From Alphaproteobacteria bacterium (GTDB taxonomy: Bacteria; Pseudomonadota; Alphaproteobacteria; UBA828), in contig CAXXMU010000001.1 in the NCBI GenBank assembly GCA_963667785.2, forward strand, positions 160,001 through 224,000: DNA of 64,000 bases. Direction: 5' to 3'. The position numbers were made by a program, and so were the translations under genes. Positions 20,325 to 29,524 of the stretch are shown here, in pieces. The notes under the pieces are model-generated. The model searched no databases, was not told the origin of the DNA, and worked only from the letters and a program-made list of their open reading frames with translations. Position 1 is the first letter of the stretch. Each line of letters starts with the position of its first letter.

Positions 20325-21415
20325 GGCGCGGCCGCCCCGGCGGCTGACGGCCACCACCCGCTGGCGTCGTCCGCCTCCTCCGGCTCGATCCGGGCCAGGA
20401 ACGCGGTCTCCGGATAGAGCTCGAGCTCCGTCACGGTGCCCTCTTCGCCGATGCCCTGCACCGTGCGGGAGACCAGCATCTCCCGGTCGAGCCCGAGCCA
20501 GGGATCGACGATGCGCACCAGGCGCCCCGGCGACCAGAGCGGGGAATCGGCCTCCGGCGTCTCCCGCCAGCCCCGCACGGCCACCGTCGCGCGGCGGCTG
20601 CGGGCGGCGCGGACCACGGCCTCCCACTCGATGCGCTCGGCAGCCTCGGCCGCATCGAGCGCCTGCTCGGCGATGACGGTGAGCGGCCGGTAGCGGGTGA
20701 CGCCCGCGTCCTCGGCGGTCGCGAACACGTGCGCGGCGTCGCCCGGCGTGATCCAGTCGCTGCCGGGCTGCTGCCCCAGCAGGGTGTACGCCGAGTGGCG
20801 CTGCAGCCAGCTCGCGTCGCCCGAGGCCCTGAGGATGTTGACCCGGTGCTCCAGGCGCACGCCGGCGCGGGTGCGGGAGGGCCGCCCCAGCACGATGCCG
20901 CCGGCGCCGTCGGAGAGCGGCAGCACGCCCCGCATGCGGCAGCCGCGGTCGATCGCCTCGAAGACGGTCTCCCCCTCCTCGATCCGGAAGCGCCGGAACG
21001 GGGTCCCGGCCGCATCGCCCGCCGAGGCGTCGCTCCGCACCGAGACGCCGAACGGCCGGCAGAGCGCGGCCACGATCCGCTCCAGCGTCTCGTCGTGCCA
21101 CTCGCCGGGCTCCGACGCCGCCGAGCAGTCGACCAGGTCGCCCGTGGCGTCCCGGCCGGCGATCTCGATCTCGTGCGATTCCGTGTCGTAGGTGACGCGC
21201 ACGCTGTCGATGAAGCCCGCGATCACGCGGTCGCCGTCGAGGAAGGCCGCGCAGGCGTCGCCGGGCTTCACCGCGCGGGGCGATGCCGTGCCCGGCGACT
21301 TCTCCGAGAGCCGGATCCCGAACGTGCCGCTGATCGTCTCGAGCGAGCGCGTGACCGATCCCCCGGTCCAGCCCTCGTAGACGAGGCCGCCGACCTCGAG
21401 CGCGAGCTCGCTCAC
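20321..21415 (-). CDS. Baseplate hub, Mu gp44 (P)
   Basis: YEGWTGGSVTRSLE, GRDATGDLVDCS, RYRPLTVIAE. Confidence 0.92.
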   Translation of the reverse strand: MSELALEVGGLVYEGWTGGSVTRSLETISGTFGIRLSEKSPGTASPRAVKPGDACAAFLDGDRVIAGFIDSVRVTYDTESHEIEIAGRDATGDLVDCSAASEPGEWHDETLERIVAALCRPFGVSVRSDASAGDAAGTPFRRFRIEEGETVFEAIDRGCRMRGVLPLSDGAGGIVLGRPSRTRAGVRLEHRVNILRASGDASWLQRHSAYTLLGQQPGSDWITPGDAAHVFATAEDAGVTRYRPLTVIAEQALDAAEAAERIEWEAVVRAARSRRATVAVRGWRETPEADSPLWSPGRLVRIVDPWLGLDREMLVSRTVQGIGEEGTVTELELYPETAFLARIEPEEADDASGWWPSAAGAAAP

Positions 21416-22056
21416 GTCAGGATCTCGATCGGCTCCGCCGGCACGAAACCCGGCCGGGCCACCTGGTTGCGCGCGGCGATCCCGGCGGCGTGGGAGACAT
21501 CGCCGTAAATGGCGTACGAAAGGGCCAGGGAGGGCCGCACGGAGGCGGGCGTGGCGGTGGTCACCTCGGGGAGCGTCTCCACCTCGCGCGCGATATGGGC
21601 CATCACGGCGCCCCTGAGGGCCCTCAGGGCGCGGAACGACGCATCGTCCGCCTGCGGCGCGCGGGCGTCGAGCAGCGCGCCCACGCGGTCCCTGGCGGCC
21701 AGGGCCGCCGTCCGGCTCTCGTAGCCGGCGTCGGCCGTGCGGCGCGCGAGCTGCGCCGTGGCCACGCCCCGCACCAGGTCGACCAGCGCGGCCTGGTTGG
21801 CCGCCTGGGTGCGCCGGCTCGCGGTCGTCAGCGGCACCGCGGGCAGGGTGAGTCCGGACTCGGCCAGCCCCTCCAGGAGGACCGTGTCGGTCATCTCGCC
21901 CACGGCCTGGCCGATGCGGGCCGCGAGGGCGGGCGCATCGTGGACGAGGGAGCCCGCCTCGGCCGAAAGCGCGGCCGCCGCAGGCGTGCCGATCTGCGTC
22001 GCCGCCTGCCGGACGGCGGCGGCCGCAAACTCGGCGACGAACGAGGGAACGGTCAT
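21412..22056 (-). CDS. DNA circularization protein (Mu gp43/N), C-terminal half
   Basis: PSLALSYAIYGD...IAARNQVARPGFVP; starts with an ATGA overlap on the stop of the N-terminal half. Confidence 0.75.
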   Translation of the reverse strand: MTVPSFVAEFAAAAVRQAATQIGTPAAAALSAEAGSLVHDAPALAARIGQAVGEMTDTVLLEGLAESGLTLPAVPLTTASRRTQAANQAALVDLVRGVATAQLARRTADAGYESRTAALAARDRVGALLDARAPQADDASFRALRALRGAVMAHIAREVETLPEVTTATPASVRPSLALSYAIYGDVSHAAGIAARNQVARPGFVPAEPIEILT

Positions 22057-22523
22057 ACCGTGAAGCCGTCCGCAAACTGGGCCGCCATCGCGGTCTCGGC
22101 CGCCGTCGCCGCGTCGCGGACCGCAGCGGCGGTGTCGGGCAGCGCAGCCGGATAGCGCTCCCGGCCCGCGTCGACGAGGGTGAGCGTGAAGGACGCCATG
22201 CCGCCCCGCTGGCTCGTCTCGGTCACCTTGTAGCCGGTGCAGGCGGCGCGGCGCACGCCGAGATAGGGATGGACCAGCACCGCCGGCCCGGCGGCCTCGC
22301 AGGCCGCGATCAGGGCGTCGCGGGCCGGGAAGTAGTCGGGGCCGATGACGTAGCACTCGACCTCGTATTCGCCGGTCTTCTTCCCCAGGTCCTCCGGCCA
22401 GGAATCGTCCCGGCCGGGGTATTCGTGCACGTGCACGCGCCGGCCGCCCGAGGCCTCGTGGCTCTCGATCTGAAAGGCCGCGCCCCGGTAGGAGCCCTCC
22501 AGAAGATCGTCCCGCCAGGCCAT
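22053..22523 (-). CDS. DNA circularization protein (Mu gp43/N), N-terminal domain
   Basis: MAWRDDLLEGSYRG, GGRRVHVHEYPGRD, LVHPYLG. Confidence 0.88.
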   Translation of the reverse strand: MAWRDDLLEGSYRGAAFQIESHEASGGRRVHVHEYPGRDDSWPEDLGKKTGEYEVECYVIGPDYFPARDALIAACEAAGPAVLVHPYLGVRRAACTGYKVTETSQRGGMASFTLTLVDAGRERYPAALPDTAAAVRDAATAAETAMAAQFADGFTV

Positions 22524-22524
22524 C

Positions 22525-24789
22525 TCAGCTCCCCGCCATCGAGTAGCCAGCCGTCACGTCGATATCGATGTCGGGGTTGGGGGTCCCACGGGTCCTCACC
22601 CGCGTGCCCTTGGGCAGGTTGCCGAGATCCAGCTCGATGACGACCTTGTCCTCTCGGCGCCCGAGAACGTCCCGCGCGCTGGCCGTGCCCTCGCTGCGTC
22701 CCTCGCCGAAGATGGTCGGCGCCGGCGGTGCCATCTGCAGCTCCTGAAACAGCGTGCGGCCCAGCGTATTGTCGTTGCTGGCGAGGGGTGCCGGCATGGC
22801 GAGGCCGAACTCGTCGCCGAAGATGAAGTCCGTCGCGGTATCGCCGAGGATGTCGCGGACCTGAATCGCGAGGCTGCGCCACAACCGTGACCATTGCTCC
22901 TCGATCCAGCCGAAGAGGTCGATCTCCGGGACCTCGATCTTGAGCTCGCCCACCGAGAGCGCGTCCCATTGCCGCTGCAGCCAGCCCCAGGCGTCCGCCA
23001 CGGGGGCCGGGAGGCTGAAGGAGAGGTTGCCGAACGAGAGCTCGTCCCACTGCCGCTGCAGCCAGCCCCAGGCGTCCGCCACGGGGGCCGGGAGGCTGAA
23101 GGAGAGGTTGCCGAACGAGAGCTCGTCCCACTGCCGCTGCAGCCAGCTCCAGGCGTCCGCCACGGGGGCCGGGAGGCTGAAGGAGAGGTTGCCGAACGAG
23201 AGCTCGTCCCACTGCCGCTGCAGCCAGCTCCAGGCGTCCGCCACGGGGGCCGGGAGGCTGAAGGAGAGGTTGCCGAACGAGAGCTCGTCCCACTGCCGCT
23301 GCAACCAGCCCCAGGCGTCCGCCACGGGGGCCGGGAGGCTGAAGGAGAGGTTGCCGAACGAGAGCTCGTCCCACTGCCGCTGCAACCAGCCCCAGGCGTC
23401 AATGCCCTCGAACGAAATCGGCCTGTTGAGGAACTGCAGCTTGGCGGGGGTGTTTCTCTCGATCCAGGCGAACGTGTAGTTCCAGGCGTCGATGAGGCCA
23501 CCGAAGGTCTGATGCGTGACCTCGCCGGCCGACGGGTCCGGCGTGCCGTGGACCTCCTCGAACGCCTCCACGGCGTTCGGGTGCGGCTCCCCGCTCATGA
23601 TGGCGCCCAGGGTCTTGTCGCTCTCGCCCCGGACGTAGGCCATGAACTCGTCCCACTTCGACTTCATGTTGGCGACGCCGCGGTCCCAGGCGGGGCCGAT
23701 ATCGTCCCAGTAATACCAGAGCAGGCCGCCGGCCACGGCGATGCCGGCGATCGCGAGGCCGAGCGGGTTCATCACCAGCGCGAGGCCGGAGAGGCCGAGC
23801 GAGAGCCCCTTGAACGCGATCCCCAGCCCGATCAGCCCCGGCCCCAGCAACGCCGCGCCGCCGGCGATCTTGACGAGGAGGTCGGCCGTCTCGGGGTTTT
23901 CGTCGCGGAACGTGCGGAAGTCCTCCGTCAGCCCCCCTATCCAGTCCGTGAGGCCCATCATGTTGCCCTTGACGGAGAACGTGCTCTCGAGCTGCTGGCC
24001 GATCTCGGCGGTGAGCAGGAAGATGTTGTCCTTGAGCGTCGAGAACCGGCCGAAGATGGTCTTCGACTGCTTCTCCATCTGGTTTTCGTAGACGCCGCCC
24101 GCGCCGGTCATGACGCGCAGCGCCTCGGTCAGCATCTCGGGCTCGACCCAGCCCATTTCGACGCCCTTCCGAAAATCGTCCTTGCTGATGTCCTGCCCGA
24201 TCCGCTTCGACACGAGGCCCATCAGCGTCTGGTAGATCGGGATGCCTCGCTCGGCCATCTGGTTGAGGGTTTCAGTGTCGACGCGGCCTATGTTCATGGC
24301 CTTCGAGTAGATCTGGGCCAGCTCGTTGATCGGCTTCCCGGCGCCGGCCGCGGTGTCGCCGAGGAGCGTCAGACGATCGATGACCTCATCTGCACCCACT
24401 TGGGCGGCGAGCAGCTGGCGGGCGGCATCGCCCACCTCGGTGAGCTGGAACGGCGTGCGCGCCGTGAACTCTGCGAGGTCCGACACCATGCGCTTGGCCT
24501 CGGCGGTGCCGCCGAGGAGCGACTCCATTTGGACTTCCAGCTTCTCGAGCTCGCCGGCCGCGTAGAGCGCCAGGCCGCCGCCGGCGACGAGCGGCGCGGT
24601 GATCCTCGTCAGCGCAGTCGTGCCGAGCGTATTGGCCGCCCCGCTGACGCGGTCCATAGACGCCCCGAGGCGCTGCAGCCCGCGATGCGGCCGCGACAGG
24701 CGCCCGAGCGCCCGGTTGATCCGCCCCAGCGGCCGGGTGGCGTTGTCCAGGGCCGTGATCTTGAAGGAGAGGGCGAATTCCTGCGCCAT
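22525..24789 (-). CDS. Tape measure protein
   Basis: TPFQL tape-measure motif, Trp-periodic repeats, position after the tail chaperones. Confidence 0.92.
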   Translation of the reverse strand: MAQEFALSFKITALDNATRPLGRINRALGRLSRPHRGLQRLGASMDRVSGAANTLGTTALTRITAPLVAGGGLALYAAGELEKLEVQMESLLGGTAEAKRMVSDLAEFTARTPFQLTEVGDAARQLLAAQVGADEVIDRLTLLGDTAAGAGKPINELAQIYSKAMNIGRVDTETLNQMAERGIPIYQTLMGLVSKRIGQDISKDDFRKGVEMGWVEPEMLTEALRVMTGAGGVYENQMEKQSKTIFGRFSTLKDNIFLLTAEIGQQLESTFSVKGNMMGLTDWIGGLTEDFRTFRDENPETADLLVKIAGGAALLGPGLIGLGIAFKGLSLGLSGLALVMNPLGLAIAGIAVAGGLLWYYWDDIGPAWDRGVANMKSKWDEFMAYVRGESDKTLGAIMSGEPHPNAVEAFEEVHGTPDPSAGEVTHQTFGGLIDAWNYTFAWIERNTPAKLQFLNRPISFEGIDAWGWLQRQWDELSFGNLSFSLPAPVADAWGWLQRQWDELSFGNLSFSLPAPVADAWSWLQRQWDELSFGNLSFSLPAPVADAWSWLQRQWDELSFGNLSFSLPAPVADAWGWLQRQWDELSFGNLSFSLPAPVADAWGWLQRQWDALSVGELKIEVPEIDLFGWIEEQWSRLWRSLAIQVRDILGDTATDFIFGDEFGLAMPAPLASNDNTLGRTLFQELQMAPPAPTIFGEGRSEGTASARDVLGRREDKVVIELDLGNLPKGTRVRTRGTPNPDIDIDVTAGYSMAGS
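22963..23400 (-). repeat. About 5.4 near-identical 81-bp tandem repeats (27 aa: DAWGWLQRQWDELSFGNLSFSLPAPVA)
   Basis: Visible directly in DNA and protein; period 81 bp. Confidence 0.95.
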
Positions 24790-24792
24790 CGA

Positions 24793-24924
24793 TCACCACC
24801 CCCGGAAGCGCGCGGTTTCCTTGTAGAGGCGCACCGCCTCGCCGTGCCAGAAGAGCAGCCGCTTCAGGGTCATGCGCTCGAGTTCGCTCGGCTGAAAGCG
24901 AAAGCCCCAGGCGACGTCGGCCAT
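24793..24924 (-). CDS. GpE'-like tail chaperone extension (probable frameshift product)
   Basis: MADVAWGFRFQPSELERMTLKRLLFW; frame stays open upstream into the 3' end of the chaperone. Confidence 0.75.
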   Translation of the reverse strand: MADVAWGFRFQPSELERMTLKRLLFWHGEAVRLYKETARFRGW

Positions 24925-25235
24925 CAGGTGTCGCCAGTTTCCGGGGGCGCTCCGAGAAAAGACGCGAACGCCTCGTTGAGCGCCTTGAAGTCGGCCATTC
25001 GCACCGAGCGGGCGGACGAGGGCGGAATGTTGCCGAGCCGCGACACGGCGGCCACGAACTCCTTGAAGGTCTTGATCCCGGCAGCGCCGATCCCCAGGTC
25101 TCCCATGTCCCCCAGCGTCGGCGCCCTCAGCGTGATCTCGCTGACCGTCTGCCCGTGAGCCTCGATCGGCTTCGACAGGGGAACCGTGATGCTGTCCGGG
25201 ATGTCCATCACCCCCGTCTCCGTTCCGTCCGTCAT
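24924..25235 (-). CDS. Tail assembly chaperone (Mu gp41-like)
   Basis: VPLSKPIEAHG, ITLRAPTLGD, MADF. Confidence 0.85.
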   Translation of the reverse strand: MTDGTETGVMDIPDSITVPLSKPIEAHGQTVSEITLRAPTLGDMGDLGIGAAGIKTFKEFVAAVSRLGNIPPSSARSVRMADFKALNEAFASFLGAPPETGDT

Positions 25236-25594
25236 TGCAGCAGCTCCGCCGGCGGGCCTTCGGTCCGGAACTGGATGTTGCCCATTTCCGTGGTGACGTT
25301 CCCGTCGGCGACGTAGGTGGCGTCGCGCTGCACCACGGTCTTGCCGTTGGCGAGCTCGAGGGTCACCGTCGCGCCGGTGAGCTCCGTCAGCGTCTTGACG
25401 TCCGTGTCGCGCATGTCGGTGACCTCGCCCTCGATCACGCTGGCCTGCGCCTTCTCGGTGTAGCCGTGGTAGCCGTCCGGCCCGAGCTTCGATTCCCGCT
25501 TGGGCGACCCGAGGTTGTAGGTGAAGTTGCCGACGACGGCGTGCTGGGTGCCGTCGACGAAGAGGTAGGCGACGCCGCCTACGCGTTCAGCCAT
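25232..25594 (-). CDS. Tail tube protein (Mu gp40/M)
   Basis: RVGGVAYLFVDG, GYHGYTE, TVTLELANGK. Confidence 0.9.
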   Translation of the reverse strand: MAERVGGVAYLFVDGTQHAVVGNFTYNLGSPKRESKLGPDGYHGYTEKAQASVIEGEVTDMRDTDVKTLTELTGATVTLELANGKTVVQRDATYVADGNVTTEMGNIQFRTEGPPAELLQ

Positions 25595-25607
25595 GGTGCG
25601 GCCCTCC

Positions 25608-27080
25608 TCAGGTCAGGAAGTTGATGCGCGCCCCGCCGATGCGGAACTGGTTCACCAGGTCGGGCGAGAGCAGCCAGTCGAGGCGGTCGCGGTTGTCGGG
25701 GTTGCGCTGGCAGACGAGGTCGGCCTCGAACTGGTCGAAGTTCTCGACCAGCACCCGGTCCTCCATGTCGCGGAACCAGGCGATCGCCTCGGCCCGGCCG
25801 ATGGAGGGCGTGATCACGGCCTGCCCCGGCCGGAGCCGCGCCCCGTCGTCCGCCAGCTTGTGGCGGCCGTACTTCGTCAGGATGCGGTTGCGGAAGCTCG
25901 CCCGCAGGTAGGAGAGCGTGAGCGGCGTGTTGAGCTGCAGGTAGGCGGTGTCCGGCACGTTGGCCGCGGTCTTCTGGTAGGTGGTGATCAGGCGCTGGAT
26001 CCGCACGCGGCCGCCGGCGTCGACCATGTAGGTCGCGATGCCCTTGTGGAGCAGCGTGTTCTGCTCGACGAAGCTGCGGCGGTCGTTCACCGGCTCCGCG
26101 ACGATGTCGTAGAGCGGCAGGGACTGGAACGGCAGCGCGGGGTCGACGGCGGCGCTGAGGCTCGCCTGGCCGCCGACGGCGGCGGCCCACTCCCACGTGG
26201 GCGACGGTCCCTTGCCGGCGTCCATGACGGAGACGTGGGGGCTGTTCCGCGCCGCGCCGTAGGTCTGCGCCTCGGAGACCGAGCCGTTGGGGCCGCGGTA
26301 GGCGGCGATGCCCACGCCGTCGTTCTGGTAGGTCGGCCCCCAGCGGGTGGCGAGCTCCACCTCCAGGTGCCCGATGTTCGTCGCGTCCGTGTAAGGCGTG
26401 ACGATCAGGTTGAACTGCTCGTCGCTGAGCGCATCCAGGGCGTCCGCCACGCTGGGGTCCGTGGCGCCGGCGGTGCCGGCGGCGATGGCGAGCCCCACGC
26501 CCGGCGGCAGGGCCTCGCCCGCATGGAGGTTGGTCCGGACGTCGACGCCGCTGCCGAGCGTGCCGCCGTTCTGCGCCGTCAGCGTGACGACCGCGGCGGC
26601 GGCGGCGGCGCTCACCGGCAGATCGGACTGCCCGAGGACGGCGTTGGAGATCGCGGACGCGATGTCGTTGACCGCCTTGGCACCGTCGATCGCCACGGGG
26701 ATGCGCCGCCCGGCGACGTAGAGCGCGATGGTGCCCGAGCCCGTCGCGGCCGAGTTCACGGTGATCGTGTGCGTCGCCTCGGTCGCGCCGGCGGCGTCGT
26801 CGAGCGCGACGCACCAGAGCTCGCCCGAGGGGTTCTGGCGCAGGAACCGAGCGGCCATGATCGCGAGGATCGAGCCCCGGCCGAACGCGGCCTCGGCGTC
26901 GGCGGCCGTGGCGATCGGCGTCGGCACCTTCTGGGCGACGCTGCCGGCCGCGATCTTCTGGCCGATGATCAGGGACCGCCAGGCGGGATCCGCCGCCGCC
27001 ACCGCGCCCGACGGGTCGAACTCGACGTAGAAGAACGGCACCCGCAGGTTCGCGGGGATGCTCTTGAAGCCGATCGTCAT
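25608..27080 (-). CDS. Tail sheath protein (Mu gp39/L)
   Basis: IPANLRVPFFYVEFD, FGRGS, ITTYQK, PDLVNQF. Confidence 0.95.
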   Translation of the reverse strand: MTIGFKSIPANLRVPFFYVEFDPSGAVAAADPAWRSLIIGQKIAAGSVAQKVPTPIATAADAEAAFGRGSILAIMAARFLRQNPSGELWCVALDDAAGATEATHTITVNSAATGSGTIALYVAGRRIPVAIDGAKAVNDIASAISNAVLGQSDLPVSAAAAAAVVTLTAQNGGTLGSGVDVRTNLHAGEALPPGVGLAIAAGTAGATDPSVADALDALSDEQFNLIVTPYTDATNIGHLEVELATRWGPTYQNDGVGIAAYRGPNGSVSEAQTYGAARNSPHVSVMDAGKGPSPTWEWAAAVGGQASLSAAVDPALPFQSLPLYDIVAEPVNDRRSFVEQNTLLHKGIATYMVDAGGRVRIQRLITTYQKTAANVPDTAYLQLNTPLTLSYLRASFRNRILTKYGRHKLADDGARLRPGQAVITPSIGRAEAIAWFRDMEDRVLVENFDQFEADLVCQRNPDNRDRLDWLLSPDLVNQFRIGGARINFLT

Positions 27081-27286
27081 TTGTCAGCTCCCTTCTCTCC
27101 GGCGGGGTCCTTGGGAGCGGTCTCCCGCGGCTTCTTCGCCCTCACCAGGTCGCCGTCCGCCAGGCGGCGGCGGTAGTAGGAGGTGAGCGCCACCTCCGCC
27201 CCCTCGGCCGGGATGTCGCCCTCGGCCGGGTTCTCGCGGGAGACGATCAGCCCGTCCGCCGGTTTCACGAACGCGGTGTCGGTCAT
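27077..27286 (-). CDS. Mu gp38-like protein (DUF2635)
   Basis: FVKPADG...YYRRRLADGDL. Confidence 0.85.
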   Translation of the reverse strand: MTDTAFVKPADGLIVSRENPAEGDIPAEGAEVALTSYYRRRLADGDLVRAKKPRETAPKDPAGEKGADK

Positions 27287-27288
27287 GG

Positions 27289-27855
27289 TCAGGCTCCAGG
27301 CAGTGTCACGGTGTCGGTGGTGTCGACGTTCTCGCCGACGCCGGGCAGGTTCCAGTCGATGCCGGCGGTGAGGAAGTCGTGGAAGTTGCCGGCCAACGCG
27401 GGTTCGTCGGGATCGAGCGGAATCGGGATCCCGAGGCCGATGCCGTAGGCCGCCACGCCGCCCCGGTCGATGCGCTCGCCCCAGAGGTTGGCGATGCCGG
27501 TCACGCGGATCAGGCCGATATCGGGGATCTTCGAGTTGTGCAGGATCGGCGCGAGCAGCTCGCAGGCGCGGTAGGCGCCGCGCGCCGGGTCGAGGCGGGC
27601 GTTGCGCCGGCTGCCGTCCCAGCGGGTGACGACGTAGACCGTCCACCGGCTCAGCACCGTCAGCTCGTTCGCCGGCTCCTGGGCTTCGCCGCCCTCCCAG
27701 ACCACGCGGATGGCGGGCGCGGACTTGATCACGCGCTCCAGGTACGCCTGCGACCACTCGCCCGGTCCGCTCTCGATCGAGCGGAACACGCTGCCGGCGA
27801 GGCGCTCGCACTCGTCCACGAGCCAGGTCTCGACCGTCTCGAGCGCGCCGGTCAT
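27289..27855 (-). CDS. Mu gp37-like tail terminator/completion protein
   Basis: PGEW, APAIRVVWEG, position after gp36/G. Confidence 0.8.
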   Translation of the reverse strand: MTGALETVETWLVDECERLAGSVFRSIESGPGEWSQAYLERVIKSAPAIRVVWEGGEAQEPANELTVLSRWTVYVVTRWDGSRRNARLDPARGAYRACELLAPILHNSKIPDIGLIRVTGIANLWGERIDRGGVAAYGIGLGIPIPLDPDEPALAGNFHDFLTAGIDWNLPGVGENVDTTDTVTLPGA

Positions 27856-28406
27856 TTCCAGGCCTTCTTCAGCTCGCGTTCGACGATCCGGAAGATCGCG
27901 TCCTCGTCGCCGCGGCTGACGCCGAGGAAGGCGCGCTTCGGCACCTTCGAGCCTGGGTGCATGACGCTCCGCACCGGGTGGCGCGCGCCGGGCCAATGCA
28001 GCGCCTTCTTGCGGCGCGCCACGATCCTGCGCGGCGGTGTCTTCCCGCCGAACTGGTGGATGGCGGCGTAGGCGACGTTGGTCCCGACGACGACCTCGTC
28101 CTCGGACGCGCGCCGCGTGATCGACTGCCGCAGGCGGCCGGTATCGACCAGGGTAAGGCCGCGCCGGCTGACGCTGCCCTCCAGGCCGCGATCCCGCGCC
28201 GCCCGGCTCTTCGGCCAGGGCTCGCCGTCCGGATCGACGCCCGTCTTGAAGCGCATGTCGGTCGACGTCATCAGGCGCCGGCCGATGCTGTCCATCACCG
28301 GCGTCAGGTCCTTCATCCGCCGGCGCAGGCGGCGAAGCGCGCGGCCGATCTCGCGATCGCCCTCGACCTCGATGCGGAGTGCGGCGCCTGCGCTCCAGTC
28401 CGTCAT
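27852..28406 (-). CDS. Virion morphogenesis protein (Mu gpG / P2 S family)
   Basis: DPDGEPWP, LVDTGRLRQSI, VGTNVAYAAIHQFGG, PKRAFLG. Confidence 0.93.
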   Translation of the reverse strand: MTDWSAGAALRIEVEGDREIGRALRRLRRRMKDLTPVMDSIGRRLMTSTDMRFKTGVDPDGEPWPKSRAARDRGLEGSVSRRGLTLVDTGRLRQSITRRASEDEVVVGTNVAYAAIHQFGGKTPPRRIVARRKKALHWPGARHPVRSVMHPGSKVPKRAFLGVSRGDEDAIFRIVERELKKAWK

Positions 28407-28813
28407 CGGAAGCCCGCGAGGCTGTCGGCAGTCATGACCGCGTCGGAACCCTCGGCCGACGCCCGGTTGCGCCGCTCGACGACGTCGCCGGCGGCGCTGA
28501 CGAGCTGCAGCTCCCCCGCCGCGAGCCGCTTGAGCTTCGCCCGCGCGCTGTCGCGGCGCTTCTTGGGTTCCAGCAGCTCCGAGGTCGTGTAGAGGCGCGC
28601 CCGCGCCAGGTCGCACGCGATCGCGGTGAGGAGCGGGTAGGTGCCGGCGGGAAGCGGCAGCGCGTAGGCCACGGCCAGGTGGCCGTCGATCTCGGCCGAG
28701 ATATCGGCCAGCACCGGCGCGACCCGGTCCGGGTCGCTGCCGTCCCCGTCGAGGTTCTCGATCTCGACCGGCCCGAAGCGGGCCTCCAGGTCCTGGCGGG
28801 TGGCGTAGGCCAC
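28403..28813 (-). CDS. Mu gp36 head-tail adaptor (DUF1320)
   Basis: YATRQDLEARFG, EIDGHLAVAYALPL, ACDLARARLY. Confidence 0.9.
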   Translation of the reverse strand: MAYATRQDLEARFGPVEIENLDGDGSDPDRVAPVLADISAEIDGHLAVAYALPLPAGTYPLLTAIACDLARARLYTTSELLEPKKRRDSARAKLKRLAAGELQLVSAAGDVVERRNRASAEGSDAVMTADSLAGFR

Positions 28814-28817
28814 GGGC

Positions 28818-29045
28818 TCAGCCGGGCCGCTTGGTGGCCGCCTTGACGGCCCACATGGCGGCGTCCTCCACTTCGGTCTGGGCCTTGGCCTTGCACCGTG
28901 CGACCTCGCCGGCGATCTCGGCCGACGCGGGCTCGATCGCCTCGATCTCGTCGATCAGGTCCGCCGCCATGCGCTTGATCCGTCCGACGCGGTCGTCGCC
29001 GGACGGGTTGAAGCCGATACCGACGCGGCTCTCACCCCTCGTCAT
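28818..29045 (-). CDS. Acb2/Tad1-like small helical protein (candidate immune-signal sponge)
   Basis: RVGIGFNPSG...IKRMAADLID...ARCKAKAQTEVEDAAMWAVKAAT. Confidence 0.65.
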   Translation of the reverse strand: MTRGESRVGIGFNPSGDDRVGRIKRMAADLIDEIEAIEPASAEIAGEVARCKAKAQTEVEDAAMWAVKAATKRPG

Positions 29046-29514
29046 CGCCTCCGCCCTCCCGCGCCTGGTGCGCCGCCCAGGCCGCGTCGCGCTCGGCCGC
29101 GGTCACGTGCTGGAGTCCGGACTCCTTTGCCAGCGCCCGGACCTCGGGCTTGCCCTCGCCGGTCCAGTGCTCCTCCTTGCCGGGCTCCAGATCGTCGATC
29201 GCGTCGACCAGGAGCTGGTGCCGGTCGACCGCCGATTCGACCTTGGCGCGGATCTCGTCGTCGTCGGCGCAGCGCTCCAGGAAGGCCCGGACCTCGTCGG
29301 CCGGGGCCTGCCGCAATGCCTCGACCGCGCGGTCGAGGATGGCGGCGAAGTCCCCGGCAGGCGCCTCCCTGCGCGGCGCGTCGGGATCGGCGAGGACGCC
29401 GTCCTCGATCAGCGGCGCCGCGACGTCGGCCGGGAGGGAGATCGACGAGCCCGGCTCGTAGCCGGCCTCGTCGTACGTGAGGTGGCTGAGCACCTCGAAG
29501 TCACGCGTGCTCAT
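29032..29514 (-). CDS. Mu gp35-position head-associated protein
   Basis: N-terminal YEPGSSISLP..A..L module, C-terminal WT.EGKPEV.AL...VTAAERDAAW. Confidence 0.7.
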   Translation of the reverse strand: MSTRDFEVLSHLTYDEAGYEPGSSISLPADVAAPLIEDGVLADPDAPRREAPAGDFAAILDRAVEALRQAPADEVRAFLERCADDDEIRAKVESAVDRHQLLVDAIDDLEPGKEEHWTGEGKPEVRALAKESGLQHVTAAERDAAWAAHQAREGGGDDEG

Positions 29515-29524
29515 CGACCCCTCC

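Noticed and set aside
22963-23400. Regular repeats as a CRISPR array
   Set aside because: Contiguous 81-bp in-frame coding repeats with no unique spacers and no cas genes
19376-27080. PAAR, sheath and tube as a T6SS or tailocin
   Set aside because: Embedded in a full phage with capsid, portal, terminase and Mu ends; no Tss membrane complex genes
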